Below are positions 1-11,547 of a stretch of 64,000 nt of DNA, piece by piece. The stretch lies in contig CM075986.1 in the NCBI GenBank assembly GCA_038087875.1, positions 930,001 to 994,000 of the forward strand, written 5' to 3'. Both the position numbers and the translations under genes were made by a program. The stretch is from Malacoraja senta (Eukaryota). Below the pieces are notes generated by a model. The model was given only the letters and a program-made list of their open reading frames with translations. It was not told where the DNA came from and ran no database searches. The stretch's first letter is position 1. Each line of letters opens with the position of its first letter.

Positions 1-1772
1 ATATGGAACACCAGATATCGATCTATTTGCATCTAGGCTTAACCACCAGTTGCCGACATATGTTGCGTGGGAACCAGACCCTTCTGCCTCATCAGTCGGG
101 TCTTACGCAAAATACAACAAGACTCTGCGTTAGGTATTTTGGTAGTACCCGACTGGCCTACCCAGCCATGGTTCCCTGTGGTTCTCGACATGGTTTCAGA
201 ACCATGTATGGCCGTCACTATAAGACCAGACTTGATGGTCCATCCTGTAACTGGTGAAAGTCATCCATGCCATGACAGGACTAATCTGTTAATTTGCAGA
301 ATTTGAATAGGCCACTTCTGGATCTTGGACTGACGGACCGAACCATCAACATGATCGCGGCGGCACAAAGAGAGTCTACCAGAAAACAGTACCTGACTTA
401 CATCAGGAAATGGGAACGTTATTGTTCCAGGACTAATGTTGAGTATAACTCAGCCACTGTAACTAATGTCCTAGAGTTCCTGGCTAACCTTCATTTTGAT
501 GAAAGGCTTAGCTACAGTGCCATCAACAGCGCCAGGAATGCCCTATCCACCTATTTGTGGTGGGGATTCAACCACCATTCACTGGGGTCTCACCCCTTGG
601 TTTCCAAACTAATGAGGGGTATATTTAACTCGAATCCCCCTAGGGCAAGATACTCTAACATTTGGGATGTGAGTATTGTGTTGACATTGCTTCGGGGTTG
701 GTCACCAGCAACGTCCCTGTCCCTGGAGAAACTTACCCTTAAATTGGTAATGCTGATGGCACTGGTCTCGGCCCAGCGGGTGCAATCGCTACACAAATTA
801 CGACTGGACTCGATGGCCAAAGGGACAAATGATATAACTTTTTATATTCATGAACTGGTAAAACAAAACAGACCAGGTTCATCAGGCCTTAAACTAGAGT
901 TTCGGGCATACCCTACAGATGTTCGCTTATGCGTTATGACACATCTGTTACTTTACATTGAACTAACAGCTAAAGTAAGGCAAAGAATTGGCACTTTTAG
1001 TGAGCCACAAAAGACCTCACAACAGGGTATCGACCCAAACAATATCTAGGTGGGTTCGACAGGGTTTGGGGGCTGCAGGGGTGGATACTGATATTTACAA
1101 ATCTCATTCCACCAGGGCTGCAGCCACATCGGCAGCACGGCACATGGAGGTTCCAATGGATCACATCTTGGGTACGGCAGGATGGTCCAGGGAGACCTTC
1201 CAAGAATTTTATAATAAGCCAGTTGCTAAGCCTATGACTTTTGCAGATACTATTTTGAGTTCTGTTTTATAATACGCCCCGAAAGATAGAGGTCATTATT
1301 ATAATTTGTGTTAATAAATCACTTATTGTTTTTTTTAACAATTGATTCATGTCTGGATGTGTTAACATACTTCCTCCTCAAGTCTACGACAGCAGGGTAT
1401 GAAGCATGGACTCATTCCGTGGCATGAAATCACAGAGCTTTAAAATCTTCACGTAGTCACTCACGTGACTCCGAAGTAAAATAGTAAGATTAAACGAGAA
1501 CTTACCAGTTTGAAGTTTGATCTTTATTTTATGAGGAGTTACGTTGAGGGATTACGTGCCCTCCACGCCCACCCTCTATTATAAAGGTCAGCTGGTATTA
1601 TTGTTCTTATCTTACTATGTTATTTCGACTACCGTATCTGTGATTTCACACCACTGCTTTGAAGATATGTCGCGCATGCGCCCTGGCGGGCTCTTCACGT
1701 AATCCCTCAACGTAACTCCTCATAAAATAAAGATCAAACTTCAAACTGGTAAGCTCATTTAATCTTACTATT
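1..1772 (+). mobile_element. DIRS1-like tyrosine-recombinase retrotransposon copy A, 3' part (methyltransferase-like domain, YR, ICR, right ITR)
   Basis: Frame YGTPDIDLFASRLNHQLPTYVAWEPDP then FCLISRVLRKI..PDWPTQPWFP is the DIRS MT-like domain, followed by a YR ORF. ICR 1446-1558 is complementary to the family 5' end and to the 3' end at 1696-1770. Ends ..TCTTACT-ATT. Confidence 0.92.
294..1270 (+). pseudogene. DIRS tyrosine recombinase, frameshifted near 980-990
   Basis: ORFs 294-1049 and 988-1272 together give the YR catalytic motifs SAQRVQSL (R), HSTR (HxxR), GWS and FYNKP (Y). Confidence 0.9.
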
Positions 1773-1975
1773 ATACCTTCCTCTGGCAGCTTATTCCATT
1801 TACTTATAATTATATTTGCATATAATTTATTTTGATTTTATGTTGAACATTACATGAGTGATCCAGGTAATACCAAATTTCCATCTGGAATCCTCAAAAA
1901 AAAGATTATTATTGACATGGCATACGCACTTATGGGAAATAAAACCATCATAATCATTAGGTATATACATTAAAA

Positions 1976-3018
1976 TAGGTATGTTACAAAACTTACCTTC
2001 AGTCGCGCTGTAATTCTGCCACTGGCCGTGTGCGCGATTTTGGCGCCTTTAAGGGGGGGGGGCGGGGTTAAAACGCGGTTTCTCCTTCCTTGTCCTGGAA
2101 ATATTTTGTTGGAGTACAAAACTTCGCTGACAAAATCGTTCCTACCGGCGATTTGTGATTTTTTAAAAAAAATTAAATCGTCAATGTCAGCGCTAGAGTA
2201 GTTTTAAAAGCAGCTCCTGAAGCGTCAACGCCAATAACGGGGACGGATTTCACACAATGGACAGGTAAACAAAAGTGCTTTCTTTAAATGTATAAAAGTG
2301 CTTCTTAAGAAGCCTTTAATTCACATTTTGTCATGCGACACGGTGATTTTATTCCCCGAATTAACGGCAGTATTTTTCATGCCAATACGGGGTTAAATTC
2401 ACCGCAAATTAACGTTCCAAATGATCGCGTTCCAGAAATTCTCACTCGCAAAATGAATTAAATCCCCATTAATTTACAGGTATTAAACATTCAATTCCTT
2501 CCATTTGGCCTGTAAATTCATGAAAATTAGATTTAAAAATTATGTTATATTGTGAATTATTGTGTGAATGTTATTTGGACACTTAGGCTATTTAAAAATG
2601 TTAATCTATTCTTAAGAAAATGATAGATGTTTAGATCTAGTAATTGAATTTTGTAATTAGCTACAATTAGGTAACTAACTAATTATATGCTTTACTTTCA
2701 TGTCTTCGAAGTAAGATTGTTTCATATTTGTTTCAGAATGCTTCAATCTATAATACCTGAAAATTTCTTTCAGTTACCATAATTTTTAAGAAAGTTATGG
2801 GCTTTTAACTGTCCTCGATCACAGCTTTTGTGTTAAGTCAATGGAAAAGCAATAGGGAACAAGGTGCTAATTTCTGAGTATGATAATGGCCATAACATTT
2901 TTAATACTGAAGATATGAAAGTGAATTAAGTGTCAAATTAAACTTCTTTTTATGCTTTATCTGATGGGATAAATTGCAGACTTTATTTTTTAAATCTCAA
3001 AATTTTGTAACATTGCTA
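1976..3018. mobile_element. Non-autonomous DNA transposon (TAG..CTA termini, hAT-like)
   Basis: Imperfect TIR TAGGTATGTTACAAAA / TTTTGTAACATTGCTA, flanked by direct repeat ATTAAAA(T) at 1969-1975 and 3019-3025. No transposase ORF. Confidence 0.65.
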
Positions 3019-3126
3019 ATTAAAATACATGATGATGTTCTTGAGTTTATTGTAGATTAACTTGTCTATGATAACATTGGCAGAAGTCATCACCATAAAG
3101 TTTTCTTGATGAAAAGACCAAACTTC

Positions 3127-3282
3127 ACAGGTTGTGGTAATGTTCAGTTCTGCTGCTGCTGATGGCTCACACTGCCTCATGTACACCGTGTGAACTGCCT
3201 GATCAATTTCCAATCCATCCCTTTAATATGATTATAGTGCTGCACAGCAGCAGCAGCAGAACTGAACATTACCACAACCTGT
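3127..3282. repeat. Perfect 35-bp inverted repeat with 86-bp spacer
   Basis: ACAGGTTGTGGTAATGTTCAGTTCTGCTGCTGCTG (3127-3161) and its exact reverse complement (3248-3282). Confidence 0.9.
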
Positions 3283-3473
3283 AAGCTTACCTATCCCTAC
3301 CATTACAATGAAGCCAAGGAGTTCAATTCTAGCTCAGAGAAGAATGAGGAAGGGCATGCTGAAAGCAGCGCCAAGGCTGACTAAAGGTGCGGTGACACAG
3401 CGACACACATAGTTATGTGGTTAAGCTGCAAAACAGCACACAACAGACAGTGCAACCCAACTGGCAGGGTGAA

Positions 3474-3666
3474 AAACATGGAACTGCAGAGGCTGGTTTA
3501 CACAAGAGGACACAAGTGCTGGAGTAACCCAGCATGTCAAGCAGCATCTCTGGTGAACATGGATAGGTATGTCAGTCTGAAGAAGGGTCCCAACCAGAAA
3601 CGTCACCTATCCATGTTCTCCAGAGATGCTGCCTGACTTGTTGAGTTACTCCAGCACTCTGTGTTC
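3474..3666 (+). mobile_element. Palindromic Penelope-derived short element with hammerhead core
   Basis: Inverted arms ~3509-3568 and 3605-3666 flank CTGAAGA(3577)..GAAACGTC(3597-3604). Confidence 0.8.
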
Positions 3667-4121
3667 AATTGACATTGTTCATGGATAAGACAATATAAGA
3701 AGCAACCAGCAGTACGTGTACATAATTAGGAGTTTATTAAGTACGTTTCATACTTGACAGTCAGTGATGATTGATAACTAGGACACAGTTCTTGGACACT
3801 GGAGTCACTCAGACACAGGCAACACTGTCTTCAGTTCATGCTCTCTCTTCCAATTAGTCTTGAAATTCATGTGAATCTTCCTTCCACATGCTTAGCTTTT
3901 ATTTCTCAATCCTAACACAAAGGCCACTCAGTAAATGTCCACATAGGATCAGTCCACGATTTAATTTAATCAGTGTAATTCAGCCATTGTTTGCATTGTC
4001 TCGTTCACATACACACACATCACATAGATACATAGATACATAGAAAATAGGTGCAGGAGTAGGCCATTCGGCCCTTCGAGCCTGCACCGCCATTCAATAT
4101 GACCATGGCTGATCATCCAAC

Positions 4122-7100
4122 TCAGTATCCCGTACCTGCCTTCTCTCCATACCCCCTGATCCCTTTAGCCACAAGGGCCACATCTAACTCCCTCTTAAAT
4201 ATAGCCAATGAACTGGCTTCAACTACCCTCTGTGGCAGAGAGTTCCAGAGATTCACCACTCTCTGTGTGAAAAAGTTTTTCCTCATCTCGGTCTTAAAGG
4301 ATTTCCCCCTTATCCTTAAGCTGTGACCCCTTGTTCTGGACTTCCCCAACATCGGGAACAATCTTCCTGCATCTAGCCTGTCCAACCCCATAAGAATTTT
4401 GTACGTTTCTATAAGATCCCCTCTCAATCTCCTAAATTCTAGCGAGTATAAGCCAAGTCTATCCAGTCTTTCTTCATATGAAAGTCCTGACATCCCAGGA
4501 ATCAGTCTGGTGAACCTTCTTTGCACTCCCTCTATGGCTATAATGTCCTTCCTCAGATTTGGAGACCAAAACTGTACGCAATACTCCAGGTGTGGTCTCA
4601 CCAAGACCCTGTACAACTGCAGTAGAATCTCCCTGCTCCTATACTCAAATCCTCTTGCTATGAAGGCCAACATACCATTCGCTTTCTTCACTGCCTGCTG
4701 CACCTGCATGCCTACTTTCAATGACTGGTGTACCATGACACCCAGGTCTCGCTGCATCTCCCCATTTCCTAATCGGCCACCATTTAGATAATAGTCTGCC
4801 TTCCCGTTTTTGCCACCAAAGTGGATAACCTCACATTTATCCACATTATACTGCATCTGCCAAACATTTGCCCACTCACCCAGCCTATCCAAGTCACCTT
4901 GCAGTCTCCTTGCATCCTCCTCACAGCTAACACTGCCCCCCAGCTTAGTGTCATCCGCAAACTTGGAGATGTTGCTTTCAATTCCCTCGTCCAGATCATT
5001 AATATAAATTGTAAATAGCTGGGGTCCCAGCAATGAGCCTTGCGGTACCCCACTAGTCACTGCCTGCCATTGTGAAAAGGACCCGTTTACTCCTACTCTT
5101 TGCTTCCTGTTTGCCAGCCAGTTCTCTATCCACATCAATACTGAACCCCCAATACCGTGTGATTTAAGTTTGTATCCTAATCTCTTATGTGGTACCTTGT
5201 CGAAAGCCTTCTGAAAGTCAAGATACAACACATCCACTGGTTCTCCCCTATCCACTCTACTAGTTACATCCTCGAAAAATTCTATAAGATTCGTCAGACA
5301 CGATTTACCTTTCGTAAATCCATGCTGACTTTGTCCAATGATTTCACCACTTTCCAAATGTGCTGCTATCTCATCTTTAATAACTGACTCTAGCAGTTTC
5401 CCCACTACCGATGTTAGACTAACTGGTCTGTAATTCCCCGTTTTCTCTCTCCCTCCCTTCTTAAAAAGTGGGGTTACGTTTGCTACCCTCCAATCCTCAG
5501 GAACTACTCCAGAATCTAAAGAGTTTTGAAAAATTATCACTAATGCATCCACTATTTCTGGAGCTACTTCCTTAAGTACTCTGGGATGCAGCCTATCTGG
5601 CCCTGGTGATTTATCGGCCTTTAATCCATTCAATTTACCTAACACCACTTCCCGACTAACCTGGATTTCACTCAGTTCCTCCATCTCCTTTGACCCGCGG
5701 CCCCCTGCTATTTCCGGCAGATTATTTATGTCTTCCTTAGTGAAGACGGAACCAAAGTAGTTATTCAATTGGTCTGCCATATCCTTGTTCCCCATGATCA
5801 ATTCACCTGTTTCTGACTGCAAGGGACCTACATTTGTTTTAACTAATCTCTTTCTCTTCACATATCTATAAAAACTTTTGCAGTCAGTTTTTATGTTCCT
5901 TGCCAGTTTCCTTTCATAATCTATTTTCCCTTTCCTAATTAAGCCCTTTGTCCTCGTCTGCAGGTCTCTGAATTTCTCCCAGTCCTCTGGTATGCTGCTT
6001 TTTCTGGCTAATTTGTACGCATCATCTTTTGCTTTGATACTATCCCTGATTTCCCTTGTTATCCACGGATGCACTACCTTCCTTGATTTATTCTTTTGCC
6101 AAACTGGGATGAACAATTTTTGTAGTTCATCCATGCAGTCTTTAAATGCCTTCCATTGCATATCCACCGTCAACCCTTTTAGAACTAATTGCCAGTCAAT
6201 CTTGGCCAATTCACGTCTCATACCCTCAAAGTTACCTTTCTTTAAGTTCAGAACCGTTGTTTCTGAATTAACAATGTCACTCTCCATCCTAATGAAGAAC
6301 TCAACCATATTATGGTCACTCTTGCCCAAGGGGGCACGCACAACAAGTCTGCTAACTAACCCTTCCTCATTACTCAATACCCAGTTTAGAATAGCCTGCT
6401 CTCTCGTTGGTTCCTCTACATGTTGGTTTAGATAACCATCCCTCATACATTCCAAGAAATCCTCTTCCTCAGCACCCCTGCCAATTTGATTCACCCAATC
6501 TATATGTAGATTGAAGTCACCCATTATAACTGTTTTGCCTTTGTTGCACGCATTTCTAATTTCCTGTTTGATGCCATCCCCAACTTCACTACTACTGCTA
6601 GGTGGCCTGTACACAACACCCACCAGCGTTTTCTGCCCCTTAGTGTTTCGCAGCTCTACCCATACCGATTCCACATCCTCCAAGCTAATGTCCTTCCTTT
6701 CCACTGCGTTAATCTCCTCTCTAACCAGCAACGCTACCCCACCTCCTTTTCCTTTCTCTCTATCCCTCCTGAATATTGAATATCCCTGGATGTTCAGCTC
6801 CCAGCCTTGGTCACCCTGGAGCCATGTCTCCGTGATCCCAACTATATCATAATCATTAATTGCTATCTGCACGTTCAACTCATCCACCTTATTACGAATG
6901 CTCCTTGCATTGAGACACAAAGCCTTCAGGCTTGTTTTTACAACGCTCTTACCCCTTATACAATTATGTTGAAAAGTGGCTCTTTTTGATTTTTGACCTG
7001 GATTTGTCTGCCTGCCACTTTTACTTTTCACCTTGCTACCTATTGCTTCCGCCCGCATTTTACACCCCTCTGTTTCTCTGCTCACCCATTTAAGAACCCC

Positions 7101-7232
7101 ACCACCTCTTATTCTCTGTTTATTATTGTTTTCTTCTTTCCCCCCTACATGTTGGGTCTGAGTGCTTTCCTTCTCTGCCTCCTGCCTCACACACTGTCTA
7201 ATAGCTTTCTCTATTTGAGTCCCTCCCCCCAA
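4122..7232 (-). CDS. CR1 ORF2: AP endonuclease plus reverse transcriptase (true start uncertain)
   Basis: 1036-aa open frame with APE motifs LNARSI, ITETW, YRPP, GDFN, SDH and RT motifs YLDFQKAFD, GVPQGS, FADD. Confidence 0.93.
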   Translation of the reverse strand: MGGGTQIEKAIRQCVRQEAEKESTQTQHVGGKEENNNKQRIRGGGVLKWVSRETEGCKMRAEAIGSKVKSKSGRQTNPGQKSKRATFQHNCIRGKSVVKTSLKALCLNARSIRNKVDELNVQIAINDYDIVGITETWLQGDQGWELNIQGYSIFRRDREKGKGGGVALLVREEINAVERKDISLEDVESVWVELRNTKGQKTLVGVVYRPPSSSSEVGDGIKQEIRNACNKGKTVIMGDFNLHIDWVNQIGRGAEEEDFLECMRDGYLNQHVEEPTREQAILNWVLSNEEGLVSRLVVRAPLGKSDHNMVEFFIRMESDIVNSETTVLNLKKGNFEGMRRELAKIDWQLVLKGLTVDMQWKAFKDCMDELQKLFIPVWQKNKSRKVVHPWITREIRDSIKAKDDAYKLARKSSIPEDWEKFRDLQTRTKGLIRKGKIDYERKLARNIKTDCKSFYRYVKRKRLVKTNVGPLQSETGELIMGNKDMADQLNNYFGSVFTKEDINNLPEIAGGRGSKEMEELSEIQVSREVVLGKLNGLKADKSPGPDRLHPRVLKEVAPEIVDALVIIFQNSLDSGVVPEDWRVANVTPLFKKGGREKTGNYRPVSLTSVVGKLLESVIKDEIAAHLESGEIIGQSQHGFTKGKSCLTNLIEFFEDVTSRVDRGEPVDVLYLDFQKAFDKVPHKRLGYKLKSHGIGGSVLMWIENWLANRKQRVGVNGSFSQWQAVTSGVPQGSLLGPQLFTIYINDLDEGIESNISKFADDTKLGGSVSCEEDARRLQGDLDRLGEWANVWQMQYNVDKCEVIHFGGKNGKADYYLNGGRLGNGEMQRDLGVMVHQSLKVGMQVQQAVKKANGMLAFIARGFEYRSREILLQLYRVLVRPHLEYCVQFWSPNLRKDIIAIEGVQRRFTRLIPGMSGLSYEERLDRLGLYSLEFRRLRGDLIETYKILMGLDRLDAGRLFPMLGKSRTRGHSLRIRGKSFKTEMRKNFFTQRVVNLWNSLPQRVVEASSLAIFKRELDVALVAKGIRGYGEKAGTGY

Positions 7233-7242
7233 CCATTCTAGT

Positions 7243-7484
7243 TTAAAGTCTCCCAGTAGCCTTTGCAGATCTCCCCGCCAGGATATCGGTCCCCCTCAGG
7301 TTCAAGTGCAACCCATCCTTTTTGTACAGGTCGAACCTTCCACAAAAGAGGTCCCAATGATCCAGAAATTTGAATCCCTGCCTTCTGCACCAGTCCTTCA
7401 GGCACGCATTTATCCTCCACCTCGCTCCATTCCTACTCTCACTGTCGCGTGGCACAGGCAGTAATCCCGAGATTGTTACCTTTG
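7243..7484 (-). pseudogene. CR1 ORF1 C-terminal fragment (SGNH esterase-like)
   Basis: KVTISGLLPVPR...FKFLDHWDLF..YKKDGLHLN..G is typical of the CR1 ORF1 esterase. Confidence 0.8.
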
Positions 7485-7946
7485 CTGTAGCTTGTTCTGT
7501 AAATCCAATTTGGCTCCAATTAATTCAAACAGCTCTTACAGTAATGTTCTGGGAAAACTTAATTTTTCTCTCAAATACATATCTCACACCACAATGGGTC
7601 AAAAAAGATTGAAAAGCTTGTTCCATCATTTTTTTGCAATCTTTCTTAACAATAAACAGATCACTTGCTGACTAAATTAAAAGTTCCCACGTAGAAATTG
7701 TGCCATCATAGCTTTCTAATGTCTCCTCCCAATGACAAAATAATGAAGATTGTTATCGGGTCTAACAGAAGTAACAACTTGTATATTCTCCCAAATTAGT
7801 TAGATACTTCTATAACTCACAGTTTTACAGTTATTCGCAAATGATATCAAGAAGAGATTTCTCAACACTCGAGAGTAGAAGATGCAGTGATTCACTGCTG
7901 CAGAGTTGTTGAATATACCACCTAAAAGGAGAAGGGTTTTAGGCAT

Positions 7947-8076
7947 GTGTAGAAAGGAACTGCAGATGCGGGTTTATACCGAAGATAGACACAAAGTGCT
8001 GGAGTAACTCAGCGGGTCAGGCTGCATCTCTGGAGAAAAAATATGGGTGACATTTCGGATTGGGACCCTTCTTCAG
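7947..8076 (-). mobile_element. Penelope 3'-end / hammerhead short element (single arm)
   Basis: Reverse strand reads CTGAAGAAGGGTCCCAATCCGAAATGTCACC...GCATCTGCAGTTCCTT. Confidence 0.75.
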
Positions 8077-8416
8077 GGTTGCAGGGTTTTAGCCACAAGG
8101 AAACACCTGCCTGACCCCTCGAGTCCCATGACATCTTGATTTGGAAATATATCATGGTTCCTTCATCGTGACTGAGTCTAATCCTGGAATTAAATGATTG
8201 GCATCCCATCCACCAACGTAAGCCTTAACTTCTTACACCACTGACACATCTTATCTACAGTCTATTCCATCAACAATATGATTTGCAGACACTCACCTAG
8301 ACTACTCTGACGGCATTTTCCAAACCATTGACCTCCAGTGGCAAGAACAGAGGCAGCACATGTATGGTAACATCATTCCTGAATGTTCTCCTCCTATTCA
8401 TGCACCATCTGATTTC

Positions 8417-8756
8417 AGTTTTAGTTTAGTTTAGATATACAATGCAGAAACAGGCCCTTTGGCCCACCGAGTCCATACCAATCAGCGATCTCCGTACACT
8501 AGTACTATTCTATACACACAAATGACAATTTTACATTTATACCAAGCCAATTACATTTATACTATTATACATTTATACCAAGCCTGCAAAGTATCTCTTT
8601 GGAATGTGGGAGGAAAACGAAGCACCCGGAGAAAACCTACGCAGGTTATGGGAAGAATGTACAGATTCCATACAGAAAGCACCCGTAGTCAGGATTGAAC
8701 CTGGGTCTCTGGTGCTGTAAACCAGCAACACTACCACTGCGCCACCATGCCGCCCA
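8417..8756 (-). mobile_element. HE1-like tRNA-derived V-SINE
   Basis: Reverse strand has A-box TGGCGCAGTGG, B-box GGTTCAATCC, V-domain TTTCTCCGGGTGCTTCGTTTTCCTCCCACA, and a CR1-like tail with (CTAAA)n. Confidence 0.85.
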
Positions 8757-9199
8757 TGATGTGGAACAATATCTTCCATCCATTATCATCACTGGGTTAA
8801 AATTCTGCAATTCCTCAACTATCTGCTTTATGGACACAATGCACCAGAGAGATGGCGGGCATGGAAGAAAAAGAGTTACTATTTCATTGTCAAGGGTAAC
8901 TAGGTATGTGCAATAAATGCCTTCCTTTAAAAGAAGTAAAAAATAATCTCTTTCATTAACACCAATGTTCTTCTTTTAACTGCTTTTCCCCAGTTTCACC
9001 AAGTGAATGTTAATTCTATTTAATCCCGTATAATAATTGTTCGCCTGAAGCAAATTGGGATCAATGGAATTGACAGACTGATTCCTGTTTCAGCCAAGTG
9101 ACTAGATTTTTCCACATCACTATTCAACACGTCCTGTCAACCAGATAACGGAAATATTTGTGAAAGGTACTTTTGCAGGTTTAAAACAAGACTGTCATA

Positions 9200-9490
9200 T
9201 ATCAGAGGGCATAGCTTTAAAATGAGAGGGGGGGAATTTAAACCAGATGGGCAAGACAATTTTTTTAACAGATCGAGTGGTAGGTGCCTGGAATGCACTG
9301 CCAGAGGTGGTGGAGGAAGCAGATACAATAATGGCATTAAAGCTTTTAGATTGGCACATGAATATGTAGGGCATGGAGGGATATGAATCATATGCATGCC
9401 AGAGGGATTAGTTTAATTTGGCATCATGTTCGGTGCAAACATAGTGGGCCAAAGGGCCTGTTCCTGTGCTGTAATGTTCTATGTTCTACG
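9200..9490 (+). mobile_element. Old CR1 3' fragment
   Basis: AGAGGGCATAGCTTTAAA...GGGCCAAAGGGCCTGTTCCTGTGCTGT followed by a (TGTTCTA)n tail. Confidence 0.7.
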
Positions 9491-11547
9491 TAAAATAATC
9501 TCAATCAAATCTGTCTGTCTTGTTTCTCTTTTATTCTCTTCCCCAAAAGGGCAAACAAGGAACACAGTCATTTGGCAATTCCAACACTGTCCCTGTGAAT
9601 TTATAATCCAGGTTAACCCATTGGCATGAATTGCTGCTCCAGTAGCTTCTAAGTATCATGAATATGAACAGACTCAATCCTTTCCTAACAGGACAACATT
9701 TTCCTGGTTCCTTAATCTCACCTCTTGAATCAGGTGTTGCTAAATAAGGAAATGGAGAGTTCCTCTGCTGTCAAATTGGTGAATTTTTCCCAAGGCCAGA
9801 CTGTAGCTTGTGAGGTGACAGGATAAAGGAAGCTTAGCTGGATTTGCACTGCTTGACCTGGGGATCCGAAAATGCCATCAAGATGACTGACATGTTAGAG
9901 TTTCATTTCCGAGCAATGTCATGTCTCAAATTTATAACTACAGATTTTTTTAGCAAAAAGGTCAAAATGCTTTAACCCAACTCAGTCTCAATTTGTGTAA
10001 CTGATAACTTTGCACAGATGATCCATTAAAAACTATTTGTGTATCGGCAGATCAGGGTGTCAAAGGTCTGCGCAATGTCAGAATCAGACCATCAATCATT
10101 TTACTTCGGAGTCACGTGAGTGACTACGTGAAGAAGCCCTGCCAGTCCGCATGTGCGTCATATCGTCGTTCGCATGGCGAAGCACCGGACTGGCAGGCAC
10201 GTCGCTCCTGCCAGCGGTAAGTTTAAACCTACAGGTAAGTTTTGTATTTCTTACCAGGTTCTGATTTTCTTGCAGGAACCTCTTTTTACAGAGGTTTCCT
10301 GCTGGATATTGTCGCGAAGTCCGGTGAGGGAACCGGCTATGGGCTGTGGGGAGACCCCGGTTCCGACCCCGGCGGATGTCGGGTTCGTGATCCCAGTCAC
10401 TGACAATGCGGTCAGTGGCTTCCAGACCGCTGTGGTTCCCGTGGAGGGGTAAATCCAGGAGGAAGGCGGTATCACCACCAGAGTCGCTGACAGTGCGGTC
10501 AGCGGCTCCCAGACCACAGTGGTCCCCAGGTCATGGGGTAAAACCACCAATAAATCGGTCAGCTCTATGGACTTGGACGAGTCGGGCTGGGAGGGTTCCC
10601 CTCCGGTAATGCATAATATATTTGGACGGTTGTCCAGGATGGAGCTCCTAATGGACAGGATGCTCCACCTAGATACGCTCCAACAGCAGGAGTTGTGTTA
10701 GCGCCGGCCTATGGGAGAGCCCGCGCCAGCAGCGCCTGGGACAGGGCTGCTTAATGTCTCCCTCTTGGAGGAGGAGACCATGCCGGGTCAGTGTAATTCT
10801 GATGCCGAGTCTGAGGGTATAGCCGTGGAGCATACCCCAAGGGATGAAGGGCACGTGTCAGAGGTACCATTCCTGTCAGCAAGGTTTGCCATCCCAACAG
10901 AATCAGTGAAAAAATGTTCCATCCTGGTATAGGTCCGTTGGAAGGGCCATATCAGCGCAGGTATCCTCAGAGGCCTACGGCAGCACCTGTTTCAGGGCTG
11001 CCTACGAATCGCTGAGGAGGGGAGTGCGAGTGGTCAGATGTAACTGACTTCAAATTCTAAAGTATGTCCGTGGAACATACTGGAGCACATGCGTGCCGGC
11101 AGTGAACAGCGCTATCAGGGGGATATTAGAGCTAGCCGCCGAATCTTCTATTCAGGTAAGACCTATTCAACAGGCAAAACCCGGAGGACGAAGCAAAAGC
11201 TGTTGGGCCAATCAAGGCCAACGACGAGCAAAGCTTCATCATTTCGGCGACAAGGCACCCCACGCCTTCATCGGCCGTAAGAGGTTCACTGAAGCTGGTG
11301 GCAGCATGAAAGCTGGGCAGAGGTTCCACGCACCCTACCAGTACTACTCTACAACTAAGGTAACCAGGCAGATAGGTGGGTCTGGCACTTCCGAAACATG
11401 GGTAAGTGTACCACTTACAAGTTGGTAATATTTACACTTGGTTGTACAATACACAAATGGTTAAGACATAGTCAGCTACTTAGCAGCATCTGACCATGTA
11501 AAACTGCACAATACTAGCATTCCAAGCAGGTTTGGAATTGGGGTATT

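Larger units (their letters stand above)
4022..7484 (-). mobile_element. CR1 (HER1-like) LINE, 5'-truncated within ORF1, young copy
   Basis: Open ORF2, esterase-like ORF1 remnant (HWDLF..KKDGLHLN), and a 3' UTR ending in a (TATGTATC)n tail at 4022-4045. Confidence 0.95.

Noticed and set aside
294-1272. Phage or integron integrase, or bacterial contamination
   Set aside because: The YR is embedded in DIRS architecture (MT domain, ICR, ITR) and continuous with vertebrate repeats.
4399-7241. Many plus-strand ORFs of 60-150 aa
   Set aside because: Antisense shadows of CR1 ORF2; the same applies to ORFs opposite HERO, Rex1 and Tx1.
8690-8756. tRNA genes
   Set aside because: tRNA-derived SINE heads with degenerate A/B boxes fused to V-domains; no intact cloverleaf.
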